Of a stretch of DNA of 64,000 nucleotides, positions 49,510 through 58,782 are shown one piece after another. The stretch lies in NCBI GenBank assembly GCA_009392915.1, contig CP045477.1, forward strand, positions 480,001 through 544,000. The letters are read 5' to 3'. Source of the stretch: Candidatus Forterrea multitransposorum CG_2015-17_Forterrea_25_41 (GTDB taxonomy: Archaea > Iainarchaeota > Iainarchaeia > Iainarchaeales > CSSED10-239). Below the pieces are notes generated by a model. It was not told where the DNA came from. It did no database searches and saw nothing but the letters and a program-made list of their open reading frames with translations. Made by a program: the position numbers and the translations under genes. The stretch's first letter is position 1. Every line of letters begins with the position of its first letter.

Positions 49510-50292
49510 TTATTCTCCACCAAAAATATTTGCCATAGCATCATAACTTGCTCTAAACTTATTATAAAGTTCTTCAAAATTATCAAGCATAGTATCATTT
49601 AATCTTCCTTCAATTCCAGTAACAGAATCATTTAAAGAAACATTAATATCTTGAACATCTTGATTTAAAGTATTAATTTCACCCATAACGTTATTATCAA
49701 TATATTCTTGCATACCATAAATCCTCATATCTACAGAATTAATCTGTGCTCTAACATTTGAATCCAAGGCATTAATCTTTGCAACTAAATCATTATATTG
49801 TTCTCTTTGAGATTGAGACATTTCAACAATTAAATTAAGTCCAGGAGATACGTGGAAAGAATAAGATATGTTTAATGTTCTAGGAGTATCGTTTCTTACA
49901 ACAGTACATCTTATATGTTCTTCATAAATACCAGGTGTTTGAGGTGTTGTAAAAGCATGATAATAGTTTCCAGGAACTGAAGTTGGAAGCATAGGGACAT
50001 CTATTAAGAAATAAGATTTATCAGGATAAAGAAGAGACAATATACAATCAGCATCCTCTATTGGTGTGTTTCTAGTATCTTCTAGACGAACAATAACTTG
50101 TCCTTGTTCACCTGAAATATATTCTGTTCCAGATACCATTTTAATACCTGGTTCTGCACTTTTTTTACTATAACTTAAAATTAAAAATAGAACTAAACCA
50201 ATAATTAAGACACCTATAACTATATAAAAAATAATTTTTTTATTAGAACTATTTAAATGTCTAAAATTATGATGTCTAAATCCTTTTTCCAT
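49510..50292 (-). CDS. Membrane-anchored protein with extracellular domain paralogous to the N-terminus of 50386..52980, followed by a coiled-coil
   Basis: Shared motifs: QVIVRLEDTRNTPIEDADCILSLLYPDKSYF vs STIVRLSDYKGNPYPIDECRVTILHPDKSVF, and PGIYEEHIRC vs LGTYEQEVTC. Confidence 0.4.
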   Translation of the reverse strand: MEKGFRHHNFRHLNSSNKKIIFYIVIGVLIIGLVLFLILSYSKKSAEPGIKMVSGTEYISGEQGQVIVRLEDTRNTPIEDADCILSLLYPDKSYFLIDVPMLPTSVPGNYYHAFTTPQTPGIYEEHIRCTVVRNDTPRTLNISYSFHVSPGLNLIVEMSQSQREQYNDLVAKINALDSNVRAQINSVDMRIYGMQEYIDNNVMGEINTLNQDVQDINVSLNDSVTGIEGRLNDTMLDNFEELYNKFRASYDAMANIFGGE

Positions 50293-50385
50293 TTGTACTC
50301 TTTTTTTAAAAATTAAAAGAAATAAAAAAAGTTCTTTTTTAAAAAAAGAACTAATAATTTATTTCTAAAATAATAAAAGAAAACT

Positions 50386-52980
50386 TTAAGAAATTATTCT
50401 TATATTAATTTCTGATTCTTGGTTTTCTAATATTTGATGAACAGTTGCATTGATATCAGTTGTTTGTGCTTTAATAATACCAACATCAGTTAAGATAGAA
50501 TCAATGTTTGTCCTAACCTCACCACTTAAAAGATTCCATGTATTTAAAGTAGTTTGATTAATTTCTTCTAACTTTTGTGCTTGTGTTTGATCCATTATTT
50601 CAATAGCTGTTTTAATATTATAAACTTCTTGACATAATGGGCTGTTGTTAGTATCTTCATTACCACAAAAGTTTTCAACTAATGCAAGATTATCATCAAC
50701 TGATGAAAATCTGTTTCTAATTTCTCCCATGTCTTCTTGATTAATTGAATTTGAAACTAACCAATTAGTATCTTGCTTAATTGATGTTAATTGATTTGTT
50801 AAATCTTCAAGCATTAAATCAAGTTGAACATTAATATTGTTTACAACTAAATCTGTCATTAAACTTGAAAGAGAATCATTTACATCAATTATCTGTGTCT
50901 GTAATGTTTGACCTGTTGAAACAACAGTTCCATTTACAGAAATCTCTAAATTATCAAGTCTTGTTGAAAGGAAATCATTTGAATCTGAAAACTTTTGTGC
51001 AATCAATGCATTTGTATAATTAAATTGATTTGTAATTTCAGTAGATAAATTAACATTAACAGCATTTAAAAGATCTGTTAAAGAAGTTGAAACATTTGTT
51101 AAATTTGTATTTATTTCTTCACCAGTTTCTGTAACAGTTGCAGTTAATGATAAATTTACATTATCAAGTTGACTAGATAATTCTGCAAATCTTAAATCAA
51201 TCTTATCTGAAAGATCAGTATTAACTGTGTTTAAAAGATTTGAAAGAGTTGTTGTTGAAAGAGAAATATTTGTATTTATCTCTTCACCTGTCTCTTCTAA
51301 ATTTGCATTTAAACTTAAATTAACATTTGTAAGTTGATCAGATAATTGATTAAATCTTAAATCAATCTTATCTGAAAGATCTGTATTAACTGTGTTTAAA
51401 AGATTTGAAAGAGTAGTTGTTGAAAGAGAAATATTTGTATTAATCTCTTCTCCAGTCTCATCTAAATTTGCATTTAAACTTAAACTTACATTTGTAAGTT
51501 GATTAGATAATTCTGTAAACTTTAAATCAATCTTATCTGAAAGATCTGTATTAACTGTATTTAAAAGACCAGTTAAAGAAGTTGAAACATTTGTTAAATT
51601 TGTATTTATTTCTTCACCAGTTTCTTCTAAATTTGCAGTTAAACTTAAATTTACATTTTCTAAATTATTTTGAGAAGTATTAAAATCTTCTTCTAATTGA
51701 TTTAATAAATTATTATTTACTGAATTTAATAAATCTAAAATATTTGTTGTAGAAGTATTAATATTTGTATTAATCTCTTCTCCTGTAGTTGTAACTGTAC
51801 CTGTTAAATTTAAACTAACATCATTTAAATTTGCAGTTAAAGAATTATAATCAAATTCCATTTGATCTAAAAGACCAGAATTAACTGAATTTAAAAGATT
51901 AGTTAAATTTGTGTTTGTAGTATCAATATTTGTATTTATTTCTTCGCCTGTTAAAAGAACAGTTCCTGTTAAATTTAAACTAACATCATTTAAATTTTCA
52001 TTTAATGAATTTAAATCAGAATCCATTTGATCTAAAAGACCAGAATTAACTGAATTTAAAAGATTAGTTAAATTTGTGTTAGTTGCATCAATATTTGTAT
52101 TAATTTCTTCACCAGTAGATGCAATTGTTCCAGTTAAATTTAAATTTACATTATTTAAATTTGCATTTAAAGAATCAAAATTTGTATCCATTTGTTCTAA
52201 AATACCAGAATTAACATTTGATAAAAGATTTTCTAAATTTGTATTAACATTTGTTAAACTTGTTTGAATTTCTTCACCAGTTGATGAAATTGTACCTGTT
52301 AAAGAAAGATCAACACCTGAAAGATCAGTTTGTAATGTTACAATTCCTTCTTGTAATTCATTTGCAAGAGTTCCATTAACATCTGCAAGTAAATCATTTA
52401 AAGAAGTATTCATGTTTGTTAAATTTGTTGTAATATATTCTCCAGTTTCAGAAATTTGACCAGCTACAGAAACATTAACATCTGCAAGTCTTAAATCTAA
52501 ATTATCTGATTTTTCGGTTAAAACACTTATTTGTTCAAGTGCTGGATTTAAGTGAAAAGATTGTGAACTTTTTACAATTGTTGCACCACTTCTACAAGTT
52601 ACTTCTTGTTCATAAGTTCCTAAAGGAGCATCTCCTAAATAATCTGTTCTATACCAGTTTCCTGCAATATTTGATTCAGACATTGGCTGATCATCAACAA
52701 ATACAGATTTGTCTGGATGCAGTATAGTTACTCTACATTCATCTATTGGATAAGGATTACCTTTATAGTCTGATAATCTAACAATAGTTGAACCATAATC
52801 TTCTCTCCAGTATTCTGTGTGAGAAACCCATTGGAAAGAAATTTCATCTTCAACAACAGTTTTTCCACTAACATAAGCAGTTGCTAAAAAGGCAACAACA
52901 ATTAATAAAACACCTAAAATACTTAATTTTAAGTATTTATTTCTTTTTTTCTTATCTGTCATAATTACTCTTAACCTCAT
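50386..52980 (-). CDS. Large membrane-anchored surface protein: N-terminal TM helix, globular domain, then ~8-9 tandem 54-aa Asn/Thr/Leu-rich repeats (coiled-coil/fibrous)
   Basis: Repeat units such as NANLEETGEEINTNISLSTTTLSNLLNTVNTDLSDKIDLRFNQLSDQLTNVNLSL. The underlying DNA units recur at a 162-nt period, for example at 51210 and 51372. Confidence 0.5.
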   Translation of the reverse strand: MRLRVIMTDKKKRNKYLKLSILGVLLIVVAFLATAYVSGKTVVEDEISFQWVSHTEYWREDYGSTIVRLSDYKGNPYPIDECRVTILHPDKSVFVDDQPMSESNIAGNWYRTDYLGDAPLGTYEQEVTCRSGATIVKSSQSFHLNPALEQISVLTEKSDNLDLRLADVNVSVAGQISETGEYITTNLTNMNTSLNDLLADVNGTLANELQEGIVTLQTDLSGVDLSLTGTISSTGEEIQTSLTNVNTNLENLLSNVNSGILEQMDTNFDSLNANLNNVNLNLTGTIASTGEEINTNIDATNTNLTNLLNSVNSGLLDQMDSDLNSLNENLNDVSLNLTGTVLLTGEEINTNIDTTNTNLTNLLNSVNSGLLDQMEFDYNSLTANLNDVSLNLTGTVTTTGEEINTNINTSTTNILDLLNSVNNNLLNQLEEDFNTSQNNLENVNLSLTANLEETGEEINTNLTNVSTSLTGLLNTVNTDLSDKIDLKFTELSNQLTNVSLSLNANLDETGEEINTNISLSTTTLSNLLNTVNTDLSDKIDLRFNQLSDQLTNVNLSLNANLEETGEEINTNISLSTTTLSNLLNTVNTDLSDKIDLRFAELSSQLDNVNLSLTATVTETGEEINTNLTNVSTSLTDLLNAVNVNLSTEITNQFNYTNALIAQKFSDSNDFLSTRLDNLEISVNGTVVSTGQTLQTQIIDVNDSLSSLMTDLVVNNINVQLDLMLEDLTNQLTSIKQDTNWLVSNSINQEDMGEIRNRFSSVDDNLALVENFCGNEDTNNSPLCQEVYNIKTAIEIMDQTQAQKLEEINQTTLNTWNLLSGEVRTNIDSILTDVGIIKAQTTDINATVHQILENQESEINIRIIS
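50890..52330 (-). repeat. Coding tandem repeat array, 162-nt unit (54 aa), ~8-9 copies with graded divergence; central copies nearly identical
   Basis: Long near-identical stretches (…cttatctgaaagatctgtattaactgtgtttaaaagatttgaaagagt…) recur at a 162-nt period. Confidence 0.7.
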
Positions 52981-53079
52981 TTAAATTTATTAAACAATAT
53001 AAAAAGAAATTTTGAACTTTGAAAAATAACTGTTTTGATAAATAAAAATTTCTTAAAAATTTATAACTAAATTTACTAT

Positions 53080-53105
53080 TATATGTTGTATATTATATTT
53101 ATAAA
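53080..53105 (-). promoter_or_regulatory. Second exact copy of the 26-nt TATA-containing element, ~100-125 nt upstream of the 50386..52980 gene start
   Basis: Exact identity with 29609..29634. Confidence 0.45.
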
Positions 53106-53130
53106 CATTTCCTTTTAAAAAAATAAAAAA

Positions 53131-53748
53131 TTAAGATTTAATAATTAGAAAAAATTTTCTTTTTTTTAAAGAATCAGAATTATAAATAAACATCTCACTA
53201 TTTATAAAAAATCTCTTAAAAGCATTAAAAACTGTTTGAAAAATAGTTTCAGAATCAGGATAAAATTGAAAAATTGAAATTCCGTCTTCTTTTAATATTT
53301 TTTTAAGATCTTTTGCAATTTTTTTAATAATATTTTTAATTTCAATTTCAGATTTATTTGAAATTACCCACTGAAGTGCAGAAATTGAAAGAATTAAGTC
53401 ATATTTTTCATAGATCTTTGATAAATCTTGAAAACCACCGATTTTAACATCTAGTTTTTTAGATTTTGCAATTTTTATCATTTCTTTTGAAGGATCTATG
53501 CCTTTTAAAGACAAATAACCTAGATATCTTAAATATTCTAAAGAAAAACCAGTTCCACAACCTATGTCTAAAACAGATAAAGAGAGGTTATTTGAGAAAG
53601 GAGAAGATAAAGAAAGTGCAATTTTAGTGAGCTCTTCTTGTGTTTTTTTCATACCACTGCTTTGATTATATCTATTTGATTCATCTTCAGTGTAGAAATC
53701 ATTAGGATCCTGAAAAACTTTTTCAGGAACCTCTAATTTAAAGCTCAT
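53131..53748 (-). CDS. Class I SAM methyltransferase with Bud23/WBSCR22-like N-terminal signature (candidate small-subunit rRNA m7G methyltransferase)
   Basis: PNDFYTEDESNRYNQSSGMKKTQEELT…VLDIGCGTGFSLEYL parallels Bud23 P.ELFYNE.EAKKYT.NSR.IEIQ…LLDIGCGSGLSG. Confidence 0.45.
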   Translation of the reverse strand: MSFKLEVPEKVFQDPNDFYTEDESNRYNQSSGMKKTQEELTKIALSLSSPFSNNLSLSVLDIGCGTGFSLEYLRYLGYLSLKGIDPSKEMIKIAKSKKLDVKIGGFQDLSKIYEKYDLILSISALQWVISNKSEIEIKNIIKKIAKDLKKILKEDGISIFQFYPDSETIFQTVFNAFKRFFINSEMFIYNSDSLKKRKFFLIIKS

Positions 53749-53751
53749 AAA

Positions 53752-54807
53752 TTATTTTTTAAGCTCAATTGTTTGAGTTGGGAAAGCAAACTCAATTTTT
53801 GCTTTTTCAAATTCTTTTTTAATTGCAGTATTTACTTCATCTTTTGTTTTCATATAAACATCATAATCTCCTGGAATCCAGTAAATAACTCTTATATTTA
53901 ATGAAAAATCTCCAAAAGACTCAAAAGTTACATAAAAAGAATCTTTTTCAACATTTTTATTTTTATTTAAAATGTTTGTAACAATTTTCTTACCTTCTTC
54001 CATTTTCTTTAAAGAAGTACCGTAAGTTAAACCAAGAGTAAAATTTTCTTTTCTTGCTCTTCTTTGAGAAATATTTTCAACAGCAAAAGAAGATAATTCT
54101 CTATTTGGAACAACAATTAATGTATTATCAAAAGTTCTTACCTTTGTTGATCTGATACCAATTTCTTCAACAATACCTGTTCCATCTTTTGTAGTTAATA
54201 TATCATCTATCTTAAATGGTTTTTCAATAAATATAACAATTCCTGCTAAGAAATTTTCAACAATATCTTTAGATGCCATTGCAAGTGCAAGACCACCAAT
54301 TCCAAGACCTGCAAGTAAAGCACTTATATTATATCCAAAATTTGATAAAACTAAAAGAACTGCTATAATAAACAAAAATATTTTTATTAAAGATTTTAAT
54401 AAAGGGATTAATTGATCATCATATTTAGAATCTGTTTTTGCAGCATAAGTTTCAAAATATTCTTCAATAAGACCTATGAAAAATTTTATTAAAAATAAAG
54501 TAACTGCTAAAACATAGATTAAAAAAGATACTTGCTTAATTGCAGTATCCCACCATGTAGAAACAGATAATCTTACAAAACCAATATTAAAAAATATTGT
54601 TAAAATAACAATCTTAAAAGGTAAAGGTTTTGATAAAATTCTTGAAATAATATCATCAACTTTATTTTTTGTAAAGTTTGATAATCTTGTTAAAAAACGT
54701 TTACTTATAAAGACTATTATTCCACTTACAATAAACCCTAACAATATAAAAAACAAAAACCATAAATAATCTTTAACTGTATTTCCTAAAAAAATTTGAT
54801 CTAACAT
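53752..54807 (-). CDS. MscS-family mechanosensitive channel
   Basis: Three N-terminal TM helices, then the conserved beta-domain pattern (FKIDDILTTKDGTGIVEEIGIRSTKVRTFDNTLIVVPN). Confidence 0.7.
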   Translation of the reverse strand: MLDQIFLGNTVKDYLWFLFFILLGFIVSGIIVFISKRFLTRLSNFTKNKVDDIISRILSKPLPFKIVILTIFFNIGFVRLSVSTWWDTAIKQVSFLIYVLAVTLFLIKFFIGLIEEYFETYAAKTDSKYDDQLIPLLKSLIKIFLFIIAVLLVLSNFGYNISALLAGLGIGGLALAMASKDIVENFLAGIVIFIEKPFKIDDILTTKDGTGIVEEIGIRSTKVRTFDNTLIVVPNRELSSFAVENISQRRARKENFTLGLTYGTSLKKMEEGKKIVTNILNKNKNVEKDSFYVTFESFGDFSLNIRVIYWIPGDYDVYMKTKDEVNTAIKKEFEKAKIEFAFPTQTIELKK

Positions 54808-54921
54808 AATATCATTTCACCTTTAAAAATTGTTACTTAAATTAATTAAGTACCAAAATATTTATAATGATATAGATACATATAATATATACTATTTTTA
54901 TACTTAAAAGAAAGAATAAAC

Positions 54922-55626
54922 ATGAAAGATAAACCAATTGTAGAACTTAAGAATGTATCTAAAATATACAAGATGGGAGATGTTGAAGTTAAAGCTGTAA
55001 ATGATGTCTCATTAGAAATATATCCAAAAGAATTTGTTGCAATTATGGGTGCATCAGGTTCAGGAAAATCAACAATGATGCATTTAATCGGTGCACTTGA
55101 TTTGCCTACAAAAGGAGAAATATATATTAAAAAACAAAAATTAAATAAATTTACAGAAAACCAACTTTCAAATCTTAGAGGAAAAACAATTGGTTTTGTT
55201 TTTCAAGATTTTTATTTAATCTCAACATTAACAGCTCTTGAAAATGTAAGATTACCTATTCTTTTTCAAGAAAACGATGAAACTGAAGAAGAATATAATA
55301 AAAGATGTATAAATTTGCTTGAAATTGTAGGACTTCAAGATAGAATAAATCACAAACAAACAGAGCTTTCTGGAGGTCAACAACAAAGAGTTGCAATTGC
55401 AAGAGCTCTAGCAAATGATCCTGAAATAATTTTAGGAGATGAACCTACAGGTGCACTTGATTCTAAATCTTCAAAAGAAATAATTAATCTTTTTAAAAAA
55501 TTAAATAATATTGGAAAAACAATAATAATTATTACACATGATTTAAATGTTGCAAAAAATGCAAAGAGAATAATTACTTTAAAAGATGGTAAAATAATAG
55601 AAGATAAAAAAAACAAACCAGAATAA
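54922..55626 (+). CDS. ABC transporter ATP-binding protein (MacB/LolD-type)
   Basis: Walker A GASGSGKST, signature LSGGQQQRVAIARAL, Walker B IILGDEPTGALD. Confidence 0.85.
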   Translation: MKDKPIVELKNVSKIYKMGDVEVKAVNDVSLEIYPKEFVAIMGASGSGKSTMMHLIGALDLPTKGEIYIKKQKLNKFTENQLSNLRGKTIGFVFQDFYLISTLTALENVRLPILFQENDETEEEYNKRCINLLEIVGLQDRINHKQTELSGGQQQRVAIARALANDPEIILGDEPTGALDSKSSKEIINLFKKLNNIGKTIIIITHDLNVAKNAKRIITLKDGKIIEDKKNKPE

Positions 55627-55628
55627 AC

Positions 55629-56819
55629 ATGAAAAAAATAATACCTTTTGTAATAATGAATCTTAAAAGAAGAAAACTTAGAAGTTATTTAACAATCATT
55701 GGTATAATTGTAGGTGTAATTGCAATAGTTTCATTAATGTCTCTTTCAGAAGGTTTAAAATCAGGGATAACTGAAGAATTCTCAAAAACTGGTGCACAAA
55801 AAATAACAATTTCATCAAAATATTCTATGATGGGACAAGGTTCAAATAAAGGACTTACTTTAGATGATGTTAAAGAAATTGAAAGAATTGGAGAAGTTGA
55901 TTTTGCAACAGGATATTTAAATTCACAAACAATATCTAAATTTTCAAAAGAAGAAAGACAATTAAGTGTTACAGGATATCAAGTGGACAACTATGAAAAA
56001 ATATTAACCCAAGAAGGAAAAGAACTATTAAGAGGAAAATATATTGATTCTGATAAATCTAATGAAATCATTATAGGATATGATCTTTTTGCAAGCGATG
56101 AATATTTTGGAAAAATTATAAAACTTGGAGACTCTATTGAAATTTCAAATAATAATTATAAAGTAGTTGGAATATTAGATGATACTGGAAATGTAAATAA
56201 CGATAGAAAAATATATATGTCTCTTGAAAATTTAAGAGAAATTTCAAATGCAGGAGAAAAAGAAGTTGATGGGATATATGCATTTGCAAAAGAAACTTCA
56301 GATATTGAAAAGACTGGAGAAAAAATAGAAGAAAGTCTTGAAAAATTTAGAGATCAAGAAGATTTTGTTGTAACAACACCAGTTAAAGAAGCAGAAAATA
56401 GAGCACAAACTTTAGAAGCAGTTTCAATTGTTGTTGTAGGAATTGCAACTATTTCTTTACTTGTTGGAGGAATTGGAATCTTAAACTCAATGTATACTTC
56501 TGTTCTTGAAAGAAGAAGAGAAATTGGAGTTATGAAAGCTATTGGTGCAAGAAGAGAAGATATTTTAGGAATCTTTTTAATTGAAGCTGGAATAATAGGA
56601 CTTATTGGTGGGATAATAGGAACTATCGGTGGATTTTTAATTGCTTTTATAGTAAATATTATAGGACAATTTACAGGTACAGAAATAAATTTATCATTTG
56701 ATATAACAATTATTTTAATAGCACTAGGATTTTCTTTTATCCTTGGATTAATTGCAGGTTTTCTTCCAGCATACCAAGCCTCAAAACAACAAGCAATTGA
56801 TTCTTTAAGAGAGGAATAA
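55629..56819 (+). CDS. ABC transporter permease, FtsX/MacB family (4 TM with large periplasmic domain)
   Basis: N-terminal TM helix, a ~250-aa extracytoplasmic domain, and a C-terminal FtsX-like 3-TM bundle (ILNSMYTSVLERRREIGVMKAIGA). Confidence 0.75.
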   Translation: MKKIIPFVIMNLKRRKLRSYLTIIGIIVGVIAIVSLMSLSEGLKSGITEEFSKTGAQKITISSKYSMMGQGSNKGLTLDDVKEIERIGEVDFATGYLNSQTISKFSKEERQLSVTGYQVDNYEKILTQEGKELLRGKYIDSDKSNEIIIGYDLFASDEYFGKIIKLGDSIEISNNNYKVVGILDDTGNVNNDRKIYMSLENLREISNAGEKEVDGIYAFAKETSDIEKTGEKIEESLEKFRDQEDFVVTTPVKEAENRAQTLEAVSIVVVGIATISLLVGGIGILNSMYTSVLERRREIGVMKAIGARREDILGIFLIEAGIIGLIGGIIGTIGGFLIAFIVNIIGQFTGTEINLSFDITIILIALGFSFILGLIAGFLPAYQASKQQAIDSLREE

Positions 56820-56823
56820 AAAT

Positions 56824-57483
56824 ATGTTAAAACAAAAATATGGAAGCACTAGAGTTGAAAAAAAAGGAGTTAGTGCATTCATTAATAATAAAAAGGAAAT
56901 TTGGCCTGCCTTTGGTCAAGAATATAGATACAGTCACATATTTATTAAAAAATTTAGTGAAAAACCATTTTTACATTTAAAAAAAATTAAAAAAGAAAAA
57001 CCAAAAATTATGGTTTTAGGAGCAGGACTTGGAGTTGATTTAATAGAATTTAAAAAAGCATTAAATTTAATTAAAATTAATCCAACAATTGATGTTCTTT
57101 CATTAACAAAATCATTATCTCCAAGAGCTAAAAAAATAGTTAATAAGGATTATTCACAAAACAAAGCAATTGAAACAATTGATTTTAAAAAAGAAACAAA
57201 ACTAGCATCAAATTTAAAAAGCAAATACGATCTTGTAGTAGCTCCATTAAGTGTTGGAGTATATACTGATCATCCTTCATATAATATGTTTTTAACCTCA
57301 TTAATGTTAAGTAAAAATGGAAAAGCATATATTGAATTAGGAGAATTTAAATTAAAAACAGTTACAAGATTTAAAAAATTTGTAGAAATATATAATCTGC
57401 AAAATAAAACAGATTATAGATTTACAGTAAATAAAATTAATCCAAATGAAGAAAAATTTTTAGAAATAACAAGAACAAATTAA
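56824..57483 (+). CDS. Hypothetical protein, weak Rossmann/methyltransferase-like motif
   Basis: IMVLGAGLGVDL is glycine-rich. No other support. Confidence 0.2.
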   Translation: MLKQKYGSTRVEKKGVSAFINNKKEIWPAFGQEYRYSHIFIKKFSEKPFLHLKKIKKEKPKIMVLGAGLGVDLIEFKKALNLIKINPTIDVLSLTKSLSPRAKKIVNKDYSQNKAIETIDFKKETKLASNLKSKYDLVVAPLSVGVYTDHPSYNMFLTSLMLSKNGKAYIELGEFKLKTVTRFKKFVEIYNLQNKTDYRFTVNKINPNEEKFLEITRTN

Positions 57484-57484
57484 G

Positions 57485-58738
57485 GTGAAAAAAATGAATT
57501 TAAAAAAAATAATGCTTATCTTGGTTGCAATTATGTTACTTGCAATACCAATTACAGCAAATGAAGTAAATTATGATATAATAAATTTAAATGCAGATAC
57601 ATATAATTACAATCCAACACCAGTAATTTCAGGTGAAGATTTTGAAATCTGGATACAACTTACAAACAAAAGTAATGTAGCTGCAGAAAATGTAGAATAT
57701 TTTTTAGAAACAGAATATCCATTTATTCTAATTTCTGAAAATGAAGGACTAATTAATAAATTAGAACCTTTTCAATCAAAAATTATAAAATATAAATTAA
57801 AAACAAACACTGATGTTTTAACTGGAACTTATGATCTTGAATTTAGATATAAAAGAGAAGGATCAAACATCTATAATGTCAAAAAATATATAATTGATGT
57901 TAAAGGAAAAAGTGCAATAATTGAACTTATTGATTCTTCTTTTAATAATGCAAAGATAGGTGCTGATGGAACAGTTACACTTAATTTAAAAAATTTAGGT
58001 CAAAAGAATGCAAAAGATATTTTCTTAACATTAAATGATTCTGAAGATGAAAGTATAAAAGTAATTGATCTTAAAACACAGTATATTGAAAAAATAAATA
58101 CAGAAGAAGAAACAGAAGTTTCATTTAAAATAAATATTTCTAAAAATGCAGAAAACATAAGTTATAGTCTTCCATTAACTATTAGTTATTCTGATGTTGA
58201 TAGAGAATATACAATCACTAGAAATATAGGTCTAAAGTTAGAAGATCAACCAAAAATGATACTTAATGTTTTAGATATAGGAACTAATTTTAAGATTAAA
58301 GAAAATAGTGAAGAAAAAATATCTGTTGAAATATATAATATTGGAAATGTAGATACTGAAGTTTCATACATTACAGTTAATGGAGAAGGTATAAGACCAA
58401 CTCAAGAGTTTATAGGATCTATTGAAAAAAATAACTATGATACTATAGAGTTAACAATTAACACAACAGATATTAAAGAAAAAGAAACAAAATTAATAAT
58501 TAATTTATTCTATAAAGATAGTAATCTTAAAGAAGAAAAAATAACTCAAGAAATAACAGTTGAAGTTATGCCTCAAGCAAATGGACAAGGTGCAAATAAA
58601 GTAATAATGTCTATTTTTAGTATTTTGTTATTTATTGTAGGTCTTGCAATATTAATACTTCTTATAAAATGGCTAATAAGAATACTTATCAAACCTGCAT
58701 TAAATGTTTTAAAAGAAACTTTTAAAAGAAGAAAATAA
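57485..58738 (+). CDS. Secreted COG1361/CARDB-like (S-layer-domain) protein with signal peptide and C-terminal TM anchor
   Basis: Signal peptide, repeated beta-rich modules (VTLNLKNLGQKNAKDIFLTL…), a C-terminal TM helix and a basic tail. Embedded in the ABC/FtsX operon. Confidence 0.45.
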   Translation: MKKMNLKKIMLILVAIMLLAIPITANEVNYDIINLNADTYNYNPTPVISGEDFEIWIQLTNKSNVAAENVEYFLETEYPFILISENEGLINKLEPFQSKIIKYKLKTNTDVLTGTYDLEFRYKREGSNIYNVKKYIIDVKGKSAIIELIDSSFNNAKIGADGTVTLNLKNLGQKNAKDIFLTLNDSEDESIKVIDLKTQYIEKINTEEETEVSFKINISKNAENISYSLPLTISYSDVDREYTITRNIGLKLEDQPKMILNVLDIGTNFKIKENSEEKISVEIYNIGNVDTEVSYITVNGEGIRPTQEFIGSIEKNNYDTIELTINTTDIKEKETKLIINLFYKDSNLKEEKITQEITVEVMPQANGQGANKVIMSIFSILLFIVGLAILILLIKWLIRILIKPALNVLKETFKRRK

Positions 58739-58782
58739 TTTTTCTTCTTATTTTTTATTTTTAAAAGAAATTTAGAAAAATC

